Below are positions 48,045 to 58,589 of a stretch of 64,000 bases of DNA, in pieces. Under the pieces are notes generated by a model. That model saw nothing but the letters and a program-made list of their open reading frames with translations, ran no database searches and had not been told where the DNA came from. The first letter of the stretch is position 1; each line of letters starts with the position of its first letter. The position numbers and the translations under genes are program-made. Where the stretch lies: the NCBI GenBank assembly GCA_016212795.1, contig JACRDT010000046.1, positions 7,486 through 71,485 on the forward strand, read 5' to 3'. The stretch comes from Elusimicrobiota bacterium. GTDB taxonomy: Bacteria; Elusimicrobiota; Elusimicrobia; UBA1565; UBA9628.

Positions 48045-48944
48045 TCAGAACGTCAGGTCTTTCTCGGCCTCGACGCGGCCGTCGAACCTGGCCTTGAACA
48101 CGACCTTCTTGCCCGCCACGGCGGCGGGCTCGAACTCGATGGGGCTGACGATGGCGTGGACGGTCTCGCGGGTCTCGCCCGGGATGACCCCGCGCCGGAA
48201 GCTGGCGGGCTGGAGCGTCATGTCCAGGAACCCGCCGACCCCGGGCAGCGACGTCGAGAGCTCGATCCTCCCTTTCGCGGCGCAGTGCAGCCCCTGGGCG
48301 TCGTAGAGGACCACGTAGAAGAACGCCCGCTGCCTCCCCTCCGCGCCCGCCCCGCCCTTCACCGGCAGGACCTCCAGGTCGGTGACGGCATCGGTGGCCG
48401 CCTGCGTGATGTTGTCCATCGGCAGCTTGGAGAGCTCCTCCATCTTGGCCCACACTCCCGGCCCGCCCGAGCAGTGCGCTTCGGACTGGCTCTGCGTCGC
48501 CCCCTGCCCGACCAGGGCCTTCCTGCATTCGAGGATCGCGGGGTCGGGCGCCGCGACCGGCGCCGCGCCCTCCCCCTCCAGCGTGATGTCCTTGACCGCC
48601 ACGGGCTTGCCCAGCTCGATGGGCTTCCTCTTCTTGCTCTGCTGCATGAAGTACCAGCCGCCGACGAGCAGGAGGACGCCCGGGACGAGCGACACGAACG
48701 GGTTCCTCTTGCGGACGGTGATGGGCTCGATGACCAGCTCACGCCGCCCGGCCGCGGGCTTGCCGCCCTGGGCTCCCCCGGCCTGCGGGCCGGCCGGGAG
48801 GTCAGGGCCCGCGGCCGGGATCGAGGCGCCGACCGGCGGGATGGACAGCGCCGGCACCCCGCTGGGCGGGTTCATCGTGAACCCGCATAGGCCGCACGAC
48901 GCCGCGCCGTCGGGCTGCTCGGACGCGCAATTCGGGCATTTCAT
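48045..48944 (-). CDS. Zinc-ribbon, single-pass membrane protein, unknown family
   Basis: MKCPNCASEQPDGAASCGLCGF (CxxC...CxxC) and a TM FVSLVPGVLLLVGGWYFM. The ATG overlaps the nfeD stop (ATGA). Confidence 0.55.
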   Translation of the reverse strand: MKCPNCASEQPDGAASCGLCGFTMNPPSGVPALSIPPVGASIPAAGPDLPAGPQAGGAQGGKPAAGRRELVIEPITVRKRNPFVSLVPGVLLLVGGWYFMQQSKKRKPIELGKPVAVKDITLEGEGAAPVAAPDPAILECRKALVGQGATQSQSEAHCSGGPGVWAKMEELSKLPMDNITQAATDAVTDLEVLPVKGGAGAEGRQRAFFYVVLYDAQGLHCAAKGRIELSTSLPGVGGFLDMTLQPASFRRGVIPGETRETVHAIVSPIEFEPAAVAGKKVVFKARFDGRVEAEKDLTF

Positions 48945-50293
48945 GGCATCCCCCGCACCTTCAAGGTCAAGCCGTCCGCCGAGTCCACGACGACCTCGGC
49001 TCCCTCGGCGATGTCCCCTCCGAGGCTGCGCGCCTTCCAGAGCTCCCCGTGCCAGAAGACGGTCCCGGTCGGCGTCAGCGCCGTCTTGGCGACGGCCGTC
49101 TCCCCGCCGATGTCCTCCAGGCCGATGTCGGTCTTGCGGCCGAGGGCCGTCCTGCTGACGGCCAGCAAGCCGGCGAAGATGGCCAGCAAGGTCCCCAGCG
49201 AGCTCGCCAGGGCGCCGTAGGAGACGGCCAGGCCCCCGCCGCTGTCCTTGAACAGCATCATGGACCCGAAGATGACGGAAGCGGAGCCGCTGAGCGCCAG
49301 GAGGCCGTAGCTCGTGATCTTGAGCTCGAGCAGGAGGAACACGACCCCCAGCATGATGAGCAGCACGCCCGCGTAGCTCGCGGAGAGCGTCTGGAACGAG
49401 TAGAAGGCCAGGACCAGCGACACCGCGCCGACCACGCCAGGGAGGACGAGCCCGGGGCTGTAGAGCTCGATGAGGAGCCCCGCGCCTCCCAGGCTCATGA
49501 GGAGCATCGCGATGTTGGGGTCCGCCACGGTCGCCAGGAGCCGCTGCCGGGCCGTCATGGGCAGGCGCTCGACCCGGGCGCCCTTGGTGGACAGCGGCGC
49601 CTGGAAATCGGCGAGCTTCCTCCCCTCCACGAGGCGGAGGAGCTCGTCGAGGCCGGCCGCCTCCAGATCGACGATGCGCAGCGCCACGGCCTGGCCGGAG
49701 ATGATGGAGGTGCTCTTGCTGACCATCTCGTAGGCCAGCCCCGCGTTGCGGCCCCGGCGCGTCGCGATGGCCTGCAGGTAGGCCCCGGCGTCCTGGGTGA
49801 GCTTCGCCTCCATGACGTCGCCCGTCTTTTCCTTCTCTTTGTCCTTGTCCTTCTCCTTCCCGAACCGCGGCGCGTCGAAATCCCGCCCCAGCGCGACCGG
49901 ATGGGCCGCGCCGATGTTGGTCCCGGGCGCCATGGCCGCCACATGGGCGGCCATCGTGATGAAGACGCCGGCCGAGGCGGCCCTGGCCCCCGCGGGCGCC
50001 ACGTAGACGACCACCGGCACCTGGGCGCCGAAGAAGTCCTTGACGATCTCGCGCATGGGCAGGTCCAAGCCGCCCGGCGTGTCCAGCTCCACCACCAAGG
50101 CGTCGTATTTCCCCTGCTCCGCCTTGGCGACGGCGCCTTTCATGTACTCGGCGGCCGCCGGGCTGATGATGCCGCTGTAGGACGCGACCAGCACGCGCGG
50201 CTCGGGCCGCGACGGGCCGGACGCGGCCTTGGCCCCGAAAGCGGCCACCGGCAGCAGGGCCAGCAGGGCCGCGGCCGCCCGCCGGACGGTCAT
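48941..50293 (-). CDS. NfeD-family membrane-bound ClpP-class serine protease (long form)
   Basis: About 450 aa from the ATG at 50293 (MTVRRAAAALLALLPVAAFG). It has a ClpP-like domain (..ELDTPGGLDLPMREI..PAGARAASAGVFI..), a TM bundle and a C-terminal OB-fold (..GTVFWHGELWKARS..). The ATG overlaps the lepB stop (ATGA). Confidence 0.85.
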   Translation of the reverse strand: MTVRRAAAALLALLPVAAFGAKAASGPSRPEPRVLVASYSGIISPAAAEYMKGAVAKAEQGKYDALVVELDTPGGLDLPMREIVKDFFGAQVPVVVYVAPAGARAASAGVFITMAAHVAAMAPGTNIGAAHPVALGRDFDAPRFGKEKDKDKEKEKTGDVMEAKLTQDAGAYLQAIATRRGRNAGLAYEMVSKSTSIISGQAVALRIVDLEAAGLDELLRLVEGRKLADFQAPLSTKGARVERLPMTARQRLLATVADPNIAMLLMSLGGAGLLIELYSPGLVLPGVVGAVSLVLAFYSFQTLSASYAGVLLIMLGVVFLLLELKITSYGLLALSGSASVIFGSMMLFKDSGGGLAVSYGALASSLGTLLAIFAGLLAVSRTALGRKTDIGLEDIGGETAVAKTALTPTGTVFWHGELWKARSLGGDIAEGAEVVVDSADGLTLKVRGMP

Positions 50294-51294
50294 CGCGCCA
50301 CGCCCATCCTTGACGGCGGCCAGTAGATGAACCAGGCGCGCCCCTTGAGATACTTGAGCTCCACCGGCCCCCAGTAGCGGGAATCGCACGAATGGTCCCT
50401 GTTGTCGCCCATCACCATGAAGCTTCCCTTGGGGACGGTCACCGGCCCGAACTGGTCCCTCATGGTCCCCTCGAGCGCGCGGTCCAGGGCGTGCGTCTGC
50501 CAGAGCTCCTGGTACTTCTCCCTGGTCAGGAGCTTGGCCTTGGGGGACCCAGGCTGGCGGTCCGGGTCCCGGCTGTCCTGGTTGACGTACGGCTCGACCG
50601 GGGATTGGCCGTTGATCTTGACCTGCCCGTCGGCCACCTCGATCGTGTCGCCGGGGATGCCGACCACCCGCTTGATGAAGTCCTTCCCGTACTGGATGGA
50701 GCCGCAGTGCAGCTCCCTGGGGTCGTCGGAGGGGAACCGGAAGACCACGATGTCCCCCCGCCTGATGCCGCGCAGGGCCAGCACCCTCTTGCCGGAGAAC
50801 GGCACCCGCAGGCCGTAGATGAACTTGTTCACGAAGAGGTGGTCCCCCTCGATGAAGGTGTTGCGCATCGAGCCCGAGGGGATCTTGAAAGCCTGGACCA
50901 CGCAGTACATCAGGACGGACGCCAGGATCACGGCCGAGAAGACGGTCTCGGCCCACTCCCAGTCCTCGGCCAGGTAGTACTTCCTCTTCTCCGCCTTGTC
51001 CCCGCCCATGTAGGCGCGCCAGAAGCCCGCGGCGCCGCAGATGAGCCCGATGAAGAGGCTCGGGTAGAGTTCCCTGCTCGTCGTAGCCTCCGCCGCGACG
51101 GCGATCCGGCCCAGGCGCCCCTCCATCGACATGGCCAGCACCATGACGATCGAAAACCCGGCCAGCCCGAGGAACGTCCCGTGCCAGAGCCCGCTCTTGA
51201 GGGGGGTGTCGATGGCGCCGCTCTCCCTCCAGCGGTTGGACAGCCACGCGTAGGCGCCCATCGCGACGCCGATCCAGAACAAGCGAGTTTCCAT
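50290..51294 (-). CDS. lepB: Signal peptidase I
   Basis: Catalytic Ser box IPSGSMRNTF, Lys box YGKDFIKRVVGIPGD and the GDNRDHSCDSRYWG box. Confidence 0.9.
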   Translation of the reverse strand: METRLFWIGVAMGAYAWLSNRWRESGAIDTPLKSGLWHGTFLGLAGFSIVMVLAMSMEGRLGRIAVAAEATTSRELYPSLFIGLICGAAGFWRAYMGGDKAEKRKYYLAEDWEWAETVFSAVILASVLMYCVVQAFKIPSGSMRNTFIEGDHLFVNKFIYGLRVPFSGKRVLALRGIRRGDIVVFRFPSDDPRELHCGSIQYGKDFIKRVVGIPGDTIEVADGQVKINGQSPVEPYVNQDSRDPDRQPGSPKAKLLTREKYQELWQTHALDRALEGTMRDQFGPVTVPKGSFMVMGDNRDHSCDSRYWGPVELKYLKGRAWFIYWPPSRMGVAR

Positions 51295-51301
51295 TTTCTT
51301 C

Positions 51302-53092
<1,791 letters not shown>

Positions 53093-53099
53093 GCGGCGG

Positions 53100-54845
53100 T
53101 CACGTCGCCCTGTCCGGCGGGCCGCCCGCCTGGTCGCGCAGGAGCCGCTTGATCTCCTCGGACTCGGCGCAGCTCAGGGCCTGGCCCACCAGCTTGGCCA
53201 TGGCGTCGTAGCGCAGGGAGCGGATCGCCTGCTTGACCCGGAAGAACATCCTGGGCGTCACCGAGAGGCTGTCGACGCCCATCCCGACGAGCAGCGGGAT
53301 CGCCTGCCAATCCGAGGCCATCTCCCCGCACACGCTCACCCACCGGCCCTTCTTGCGCGCCGTCTGGACGATGTGGTCCATGAGCCGCACCAGCGCGGGG
53401 TGGAACGGGTCGTAGAGGTGGGAGACGTGCTCGTTGAGGCGGTCGACGGCCAGCACGTACTGGATCAGGTCGTTGGTCCCGATCGAGATGAAGTCCAGCA
53501 TCGGCAGGAAGGCGTCGAGCATGATCGCGGCCGACGGGATCTCGATCATGGCCCCGAGCTCGATCTTCTCGGCCGTCTCCACGCCCTCGGCGTGCAGCTC
53601 GGCCAGCGCGAGGTTGATCAGGCGCCGGACGGAGTGCACCTCGCCGACCGAGGACACCATCGGGATGAGGATGCGGACGTTGCCCTTGGCCGAGGCCCGC
53701 AGGATCGCCCGCAGCTGAGTCTTGAAGAGGTCGAGGTGCCTCATGAAGAGGCGGATGCCCCTGAGCCCCATGAAGGGGTTGACCTCGTTCTTGGGGGCGT
53801 CGATGCCCAGCTGCACCAGGCGGTCGCCCCCCAGGTCCGCGGTGCGGATCACGACGGGCCTGGGCGCGAAGGCCTTGACCACCGCCGAGTAGGCCTTGGC
53901 CTGCTCCTCCTCCGAGGGCGGCGTGGCGCGGTTGAAGAAGAGGAACTCGGTCCGGAAGAGGCCGATGCCGTCGGCCTGCAGGTTCAGGAGCGCCTTGAAC
54001 TCGTCGGGCGTGTCGAGGTTCGCGTGGAACTCGAAGACCTTGGAGTCGAGGGTCATCGTCGGCAGGCCCTTCAGGGAGGTGAGCGCCTTCTCCTCCTCCA
54101 GGGCCTTGTGCTGGGCATGGTGGTACTTATCGAGGGTCTCGGGCCCCGGGTTGATGATGACGAGCCCCTGCTCGCCGTCGAGGATGACCGTCTCGCCCGT
54201 CTTGACGCGATGGCTCACGTCGGAGAGCCCCACCACCGCGGGAATCTCCATGGTCTGCGCCAGGATGGCCGTGTGGCTGGTCTTGCCGCCGAGGTCCGTG
54301 GCGAAGCCGAGGATCTTCGTCTCCTGCAGCCCGATGGTGTCCGAGGGGAGGAGGTTGCGGGCGATCAGGATGCAGTTCTCCGAGATGTCCGCCAGGCTGC
54401 GCCGGGTCTGCTTGAGCAGGTGGGAGATGAGCCTCTTGCCCACGTCGAAGAGGTCGTGGCGCCGCTCCCGGAAGAACTCGTCCTCCATCTTCTCGAACTG
54501 CTTGTTGACGGCCTCCAGCGACTCGGACAAGGCGAACTCGGCGTTGACCCCCTCCTTCACGATCCGCTGGGGGACGTCGTGGGTGATGAGGCTGTCGCGC
54601 AGGATCAGGCGGTGGGCGTCGATGAGCTTGGCGTGCTTCTTGCCCAGGACCCTGAGGACCTTGGCCTCGGCCACGTCGAGGTCGCGGTGCGTCGCCTTGA
54701 GCGCCGCCTTGAAGCGCTTCACCTCGGCCCGGAGCTTGTCCCGGTCGATCTCGATCCTGTTGATGACGATCTCCTCGTCCTCCAGGACATAGGCCTTGCC
54801 GATCGAGATGCCCGGGCTGGCCGCGACCCCCTTGATGACGATCAT
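53100..54845 (-). CDS. ptsI: Phosphoenolpyruvate-protein phosphotransferase (PTS Enzyme I)
   Basis: 581 aa co-linear with EI: phospho-His region GGKTSHTAILA and a C-terminal PEP-utilising TIM barrel (..FISIGTNDLIQY..). Confidence 0.95.
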   Translation of the reverse strand: MIVIKGVAASPGISIGKAYVLEDEEIVINRIEIDRDKLRAEVKRFKAALKATHRDLDVAEAKVLRVLGKKHAKLIDAHRLILRDSLITHDVPQRIVKEGVNAEFALSESLEAVNKQFEKMEDEFFRERRHDLFDVGKRLISHLLKQTRRSLADISENCILIARNLLPSDTIGLQETKILGFATDLGGKTSHTAILAQTMEIPAVVGLSDVSHRVKTGETVILDGEQGLVIINPGPETLDKYHHAQHKALEEEKALTSLKGLPTMTLDSKVFEFHANLDTPDEFKALLNLQADGIGLFRTEFLFFNRATPPSEEEQAKAYSAVVKAFAPRPVVIRTADLGGDRLVQLGIDAPKNEVNPFMGLRGIRLFMRHLDLFKTQLRAILRASAKGNVRILIPMVSSVGEVHSVRRLINLALAELHAEGVETAEKIELGAMIEIPSAAIMLDAFLPMLDFISIGTNDLIQYVLAVDRLNEHVSHLYDPFHPALVRLMDHIVQTARKKGRWVSVCGEMASDWQAIPLLVGMGVDSLSVTPRMFFRVKQAIRSLRYDAMAKLVGQALSCAESEEIKRLLRDQAGGPPDRAT

Positions 54846-54964
54846 ATCACTCGCCTCCCCCGCGGGGAGGCGAGTAGCGTGGGGGCATATGCCGTTTCAT
54901 CAGTCTGCCTCTCCCCCGCGGGGAGGCGAGTAGCCGAGGGGGCCGACTCGCCGTTCTCCTTGGT
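54846..54964 (-). repeat. Two tandem copies of the SD-sequestering hairpin module (proximal intact, distal decayed) in the ptsH-ptsI spacer
   Basis: The proximal copy has an 11-bp perfect stem at 54850-54860 / 54864-54874 containing the ptsI GGAGG. The distal copy (54903-54964) retains GGGGAGGCGAG-like and GCTACTCGCC segments, but its left arm is imperfect and the mini-ORF ATG reads AGG. Confidence 0.6.
54847..54900 (-). CDS. Candidate 17-codon mini-ORF reading through the hairpin and stopping 1 nt before the ptsI ATG
   Basis: ATG AAA CGG CAT ATG CCC CCA CGC TAC TCG CCT CCC CGC GGG GGA GGC GAG TGA (MKRHMPPRYSPPRGGGE). GGGGGAGAGG from the decayed copy lies 7 nt upstream of its ATG. Confidence 0.3.
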   Translation of the reverse strand: MKRHMPPRYSPPRGGGE

Positions 54965-55231
54965 TCATTCCTCGTCAAACTTCCTCTGAAACAGCCTCTC
55001 CAGCGCCTTCAGCGCCTCCGCCTCGTCGGGCCCCGTGGCCGTGAGGGTGACCCGGGCTCCGTGCTCGGCGGCCAGAAGCATGATGCCCATCACGCTCTTG
55101 CCGTTCACCTCGACGCCTTCCTTGCACACGACGATCTTGCTCTTGAAGCGGCTCGCCTCCTGCACGAACATCGCCGCGGGCCTGGCGTGCAGGCCGAGCC
55201 TGGTGCTGACCGTGATGGTCTTGGTCACCAT
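54965..55231 (-). CDS. ptsH: Phosphocarrier protein HPr
   Basis: 88 aa MVTKTITVSTRLGLHARPAA.. with His15 and Ser46 (GKSVMG) contexts. It is embedded in the 3' part of track ORF 54965..56005 and overlaps the EIID stop by 7 nt. Confidence 0.9.
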   Translation of the reverse strand: MVTKTITVSTRLGLHARPAAMFVQEASRFKSKIVVCKEGVEVNGKSVMGIMLLAAEHGARVTLTATGPDEAEALKALERLFQRKFDEE

Positions 55232-56079
55232 GGCCGGACCGCCGTCCCCAGGGACGCCGCGACGACCCCGACCAACGCCGCCGCGGCGTACATCTTGCGG
55301 GACGTCACGCTGCGCGCCCGCGCCGCCCAGCCCGCCGCGAAAGCCAGGGCGAACCCCCCCGCCTGTCCAAGGGAGCCCCCCATTATAGAGAATAGTACCG
55401 CTGCCGCGCACCCGAAAGTGAGTCCCATCCCTCCCAGCCGGACCAGCTTGATGCACGGCTGCCAGGGGATGTCGCCGATCCCCTGCGCGATCCGGTCGCC
55501 CCATTCGTAGCCGATCCCCAGGCCTCTCCAGCGCAAGAGCAGGACCGGGACGTTGTAGGCGACGAGATAGCCCCCCACGCACGCCGCCGCGACCGCCCGT
55601 TCGCCCGCCCCCATCGCCAACCCCGCGGTCGCCACGGCCAGCGCCAGGGCGGCGCAGAACGGCCGCCAGGCCCCCCAGAACAGCGAATCCCCGATCGCCG
55701 CCAAGGCGCCTGACGAGGCCTTCTTGAGCGCCTCCAGCCTTTCCTCCAGCGGGGCCCTCTCCTCCTCGGCGCTCTCGGCGATCCTGGCCTCCAGGGCGCA
55801 CGCCATGCCCAACCCCAGCCCCACCATGTACGGCTGCGTGTTGTAGAAGACGCAGTGCCTCGAGAGAGCCTGCCGGCCCCTCTCGCGCGACCCCCCGTAG
55901 CAGCGGCGGAGCCACGGCTCCATGCAGTAGCCGAACGCCAGCCCTTGCATGTTCTCGAAGCTCCAAAGGGATTGGATGAAGAAGGACCGCGCGAACAGCC
56001 TCCATCTCATCCCGGGGCCCATCCGGGGGCGGCGCCCTTTCATGACGGCGGGCTCCGCGGGGGTCCCAGGCGTCGTCAT
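55225..56079 (-). CDS. PTS mannose/fructose/sorbose-family EIID component
   Basis: EIID-like N-terminal signature ..RLFARSFFIQSLWSFENMQGLAFGYCMEPWL.. and a membrane C-terminus. The ATG at 56079 overlaps the EIIC stop (ATGA). Confidence 0.8.
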   Translation of the reverse strand: MTTPGTPAEPAVMKGRRPRMGPGMRWRLFARSFFIQSLWSFENMQGLAFGYCMEPWLRRCYGGSRERGRQALSRHCVFYNTQPYMVGLGLGMACALEARIAESAEEERAPLEERLEALKKASSGALAAIGDSLFWGAWRPFCAALALAVATAGLAMGAGERAVAAACVGGYLVAYNVPVLLLRWRGLGIGYEWGDRIAQGIGDIPWQPCIKLVRLGGMGLTFGCAAAVLFSIMGGSLGQAGGFALAFAAGWAARARSVTSRKMYAAAALVGVVAASLGTAVRPW

Positions 56080-56699
56080 CGCTTGACCCTCAGGCTGTGG
56101 GCCAGCATGCCCGCGCCGAACCAGGGCGCCAAGGACAGGGCGGTCCACAGCCCCGCCCCGAGCACCGTCCGCGCTTCGGCCGCCCAGGGCTGGACGCCCA
56201 ACGGCTTCAACGCCAGCAGCGCCGCCAGCAGCAGCGCCAGCGTGGCGCCGAACTCGATGACCAACTCCCGCGCGACCAGCCCGCCCAGGCTGACCTCCGC
56301 TCCCCGCCTGATGCCCGCCCCTACGACGCGCGACATCCGCCCGCGCCGCCGCCGCAGGGGGTTGTCCACCAGCCGCTCGTGCAGCCAGCCCAGGAAGAGC
56401 CCGGCCGGGACGGCCAACGACACCGGGAGGGGCTGGGGCCCGATCGCCAGGAGGACCCCGGCCCCGGCGGAGACGGTGGCGTTGGCCGGGATCTGCCCCC
56501 CCACCGGCAGCTTGTCGTGGCTCAACAACTCGACGACCAGCCCGACCAGCACGCCCGTCGTCAGGTCCCCGAACGCCAGCCCCAGGAGCGGCCCGATCAC
56601 GATGGCCCGGGACACCATGATCTGCAGCGCCAGCGTGGCGTCCAGCTCGGCCGCGGCCACGGCGGCCGCCCCGACCGCGAGCCCCAGGCTGCCGGTCAC
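56076..56699 (-). CDS. PTS mannose-family EIIC component (short form)
   Basis: 207-aa polytopic protein placed between EIIB(Man) and EIID. The GTG start overlaps the EIIB stop (GTGA). It is shorter than the ManY-type EIIC I recall. Confidence 0.7.
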   Translation of the reverse strand: MTGSLGLAVGAAAVAAAELDATLALQIMVSRAIVIGPLLGLAFGDLTTGVLVGLVVELLSHDKLPVGGQIPANATVSAGAGVLLAIGPQPLPVSLAVPAGLFLGWLHERLVDNPLRRRRGRMSRVVGAGIRRGAEVSLGGLVARELVIEFGATLALLLAALLALKPLGVQPWAAEARTVLGAGLWTALSLAPWFGAGMLAHSLRVKR

Positions 56700-57193
56700 G
56701 GCTGCCCAGGCCCCCCCGAGCCGATGAGCGCGACGATGTCGACCTCGGCGTCGCCGGGAACGGCGCGCCCCTCCACCCGCACCCCCCGCCTGCCGATCTC
56801 CAGGATGGCCTCGCGGTCCGCCCGGCTCAGGAAGATGGCCTTCCCCAGCTGCACCCGCCCCGCGGAGTAGTGGAGCCCGCCCACGTTCACCCGCTCGAGC
56901 CTCACGCCCTGCTTGAGGAGCTCGAGGACCTCTTGCGGCCCGGGCGCCAGGACCAGCGCCTTCTCCGGCTTGCCGGCGCAGACCGCCAGGCGCGCCGGCG
57001 CCTCGCTCACGCGCAGGATCTGCAGCCCCACCGACTCAGGCAGGGCCATCCTCATGAGCAGCGCCTGCGTCTCGTCTTGCGCTGCGCCGTCAGACACGAC
57101 CACCACCTCCTGGGCGCCCAGCTGCGGGACCCAGCCCTCCACGACCTGCCCGTGCACGAGCCGGTCGTCGATGCGCACCAAGACGATAGGCAT
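56696..57193 (-). CDS. PTS mannose/sorbose-family EIIB component
   Basis: MPIVLVRIDDRLVHGQVVEGW (phospho-His motif of EIIB-Man). Confidence 0.85.
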   Translation of the reverse strand: MPIVLVRIDDRLVHGQVVEGWVPQLGAQEVVVVSDGAAQDETQALLMRMALPESVGLQILRVSEAPARLAVCAGKPEKALVLAPGPQEVLELLKQGVRLERVNVGGLHYSAGRVQLGKAIFLSRADREAILEIGRRGVRVEGRAVPGDAEVDIVALIGSGGPGQP

Positions 57194-57197
57194 ATGA

Positions 57198-57611
57198 TTA
57201 CCGGGTCCTCGCCCGCACCATCTGGCGGATGTCGCACACCGCGCTGCGCCCGTTCTTCAAGACCTTCTCCAGCAGCTCCCCCAGCGGCAGGTCTCCGCGG
57301 TGGCTGAAGGCCGTCACCAGCATCGCCAGATTGACCCCGCTGACCAGCTCCGTCCCGCTCTTGTCCTTGACCGCGGGGAACGCCAGGTTGACCGGGGTCC
57401 CGGCGGGCATGTCCGTGAACACGATGAGGCCGTCCTCGCCGCTCAGGCGCTCGACGACCGCCTTCATCTTCTCGCGCATCTCGCCCAGGCTCTGCCGGAC
57501 CGACAGGGAAACGACCTGGACCCCCGCCGTCTGGCTGCCGACGATGGCTTCCGCCGCCTCCACCAGGTAGGCGCCGAACTCCCCGTGCGTGACGACGATG
57601 CAGTTGATCAT
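57198..57611 (-). CDS. PTS mannose-family EIIA component
   Basis: MINCIVVTHGEFG (His10 phosphorylation motif of EIIA-Man), 137 aa. Confidence 0.85.
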   Translation of the reverse strand: MINCIVVTHGEFGAYLVEAAEAIVGSQTAGVQVVSLSVRQSLGEMREKMKAVVERLSGEDGLIVFTDMPAGTPVNLAFPAVKDKSGTELVSGVNLAMLVTAFSHRGDLPLGELLEKVLKNGRSAVCDIRQMVRARTR

Positions 57612-57673
57612 ATCACTCGCCCTCCCCCCGCTTGGGAGGATCGAGTACGGGGGGGAGAGTAGCGGGGGGGCAT
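57608..57673 (-). CDS. Candidate 21-codon mini-ORF whose stop overlaps the EIIA start (ATGA)
   Basis: ATG CCC CCC CGC TAC TCT ... GTG ATA TGA (MPPRYSPPRTRSSQAGGGRVI). No SD close to its ATG. Confidence 0.2.
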   Translation of the reverse strand: MPPRYSPPRTRSSQAGGGRVI

Positions 57674-57695
57674 ATTCTGTTTCAAAGGAACTCCC
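57612..57695 (-). repeat. Expanded/variant copy of the SD-sequestering hairpin module in the rapZ-EIIA spacer
   Basis: The minus strand reads ..GAAACAGAATATGCCCCCCCGCTACTCTCCCCCCCGTACTCGATCCTCCCAAGCGGGGGGAGGGCGAGTGATATG. The same ends are kept as in the other copies, with an internal duplication. CTCGATCCTCCC pairs with GGGAGGGCGAG imperfectly. Confidence 0.5.
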
Positions 57696-58589
57696 TCACC
57701 CCGCCCGGTGGATGTCCCGATGAAATTCCTGTATCGGATGCCCGCTGCGCCGGAGCCTCTTCGCCAGGTAATGCGTGATGAACACGCTGCGGTGGCGCCC
57801 GCCCGTGCAGCCGACGGCGATGGTCAGATAGGATTTACCCTCCCGCACGTAGAAGGGCAGGAGCTTCAAGATGAATTCCAGGTAGTCGTCCAGGAACCTC
57901 TTAGCCTGGGCCTCCGCGAGGATGTAGCGCTGGACGCCGGGATAGAGCCCGGTGAGCCGCCGCAGGCGGCCGACGTAGTTGGGGTTCGGCAGGAAGCGGA
58001 CGTCCATGACGATGTCGGCGTCCATGGGCAGCCCGTATTTGTAGCCGAATGAGACCACGGAGAGCGTCATCTCCCGGGTCCGGGTCAGCCCCAGGGTCTC
58101 GGACAGGGTCTCCTTGAGCTCCCCCAGGGTCATGGTCGTCGTGTCGATGACCTTGTCCGCTATCTCCCGGAGCGGGAGCAGCCTGTTGCGCTCCTCTCGG
58201 ATGGCGTCCGAGAGCTTCCTGCCCAGGGGGTGGCGGTGGCGCGTCTCGGAGAACCGCTGGATCACGGTGGGATCGGCGGCCTCAAGGAAGATGATCCTGT
58301 GGTCGATCCCCTTGGTCTTGAACCTCTTGAGGATGCCGGGCAGCCCGGCGAGCCAGCGGCCCTCCCGGATGTCCATCCCCAGCGCGACCCGAGAGAGCTT
58401 GCGAGCTTGGTAGACCTGGGCCGCGAACTGGTCCAGCAGTGAGATGGGGAGGTTGTCGACGCAGAAGAAACCAAGGTCCTCGAACGCCTTCAGCGCCTGG
58501 CTCTTGCCCGCGCCGGAGATCCCCGTGATGATGAAGAACTTGCGGCCCTTGTCGGCCTTGGCCTGGCCGCCGCGCGCGCGGGCCCTCAT
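57696..58589 (-). CDS. rapZ: RNase adapter protein RapZ (YvcJ/YhbJ family P-loop protein)
   Basis: FFIITGISGAGKSQALKAFEDLGFFCVDNLP and a C-terminal ..AVGCTGGRHRSV.. motif. The ATG at 58589 overlaps the hprK stop (ATGA). Confidence 0.9.
   Translation of the reverse strand: MRARARGGQAKADKGRKFFIITGISGAGKSQALKAFEDLGFFCVDNLPISLLDQFAAQVYQARKLSRVALGMDIREGRWLAGLPGILKRFKTKGIDHRIIFLEAADPTVIQRFSETRHRHPLGRKLSDAIREERNRLLPLREIADKVIDTTTMTLGELKETLSETLGLTRTREMTLSVVSFGYKYGLPMDADIVMDVRFLPNPNYVGRLRRLTGLYPGVQRYILAEAQAKRFLDDYLEFILKLLPFYVREGKSYLTIAVGCTGGRHRSVFITHYLAKRLRRSGHPIQEFHRDIHRAG

Noticed and set aside
54890-54903. CTGATGAAAC on the minus strand, resembling the hammerhead-ribozyme CUGAUGA...GAAA core
   Set aside because: There is no stem II between CUGAUGA and GAAAC. 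The other copies of the module read CTCATGAAAC, CCTTTGAAAC and CCATGATAAC, so the core is not conserved.
54846-54964. Tandem palindromic repeats that might be mistaken for a mini CRISPR array
   Set aside because: Only two adjacent units exist, one of them degenerate, with no unique spacers and no cas genes. The units sit exactly at start codons.
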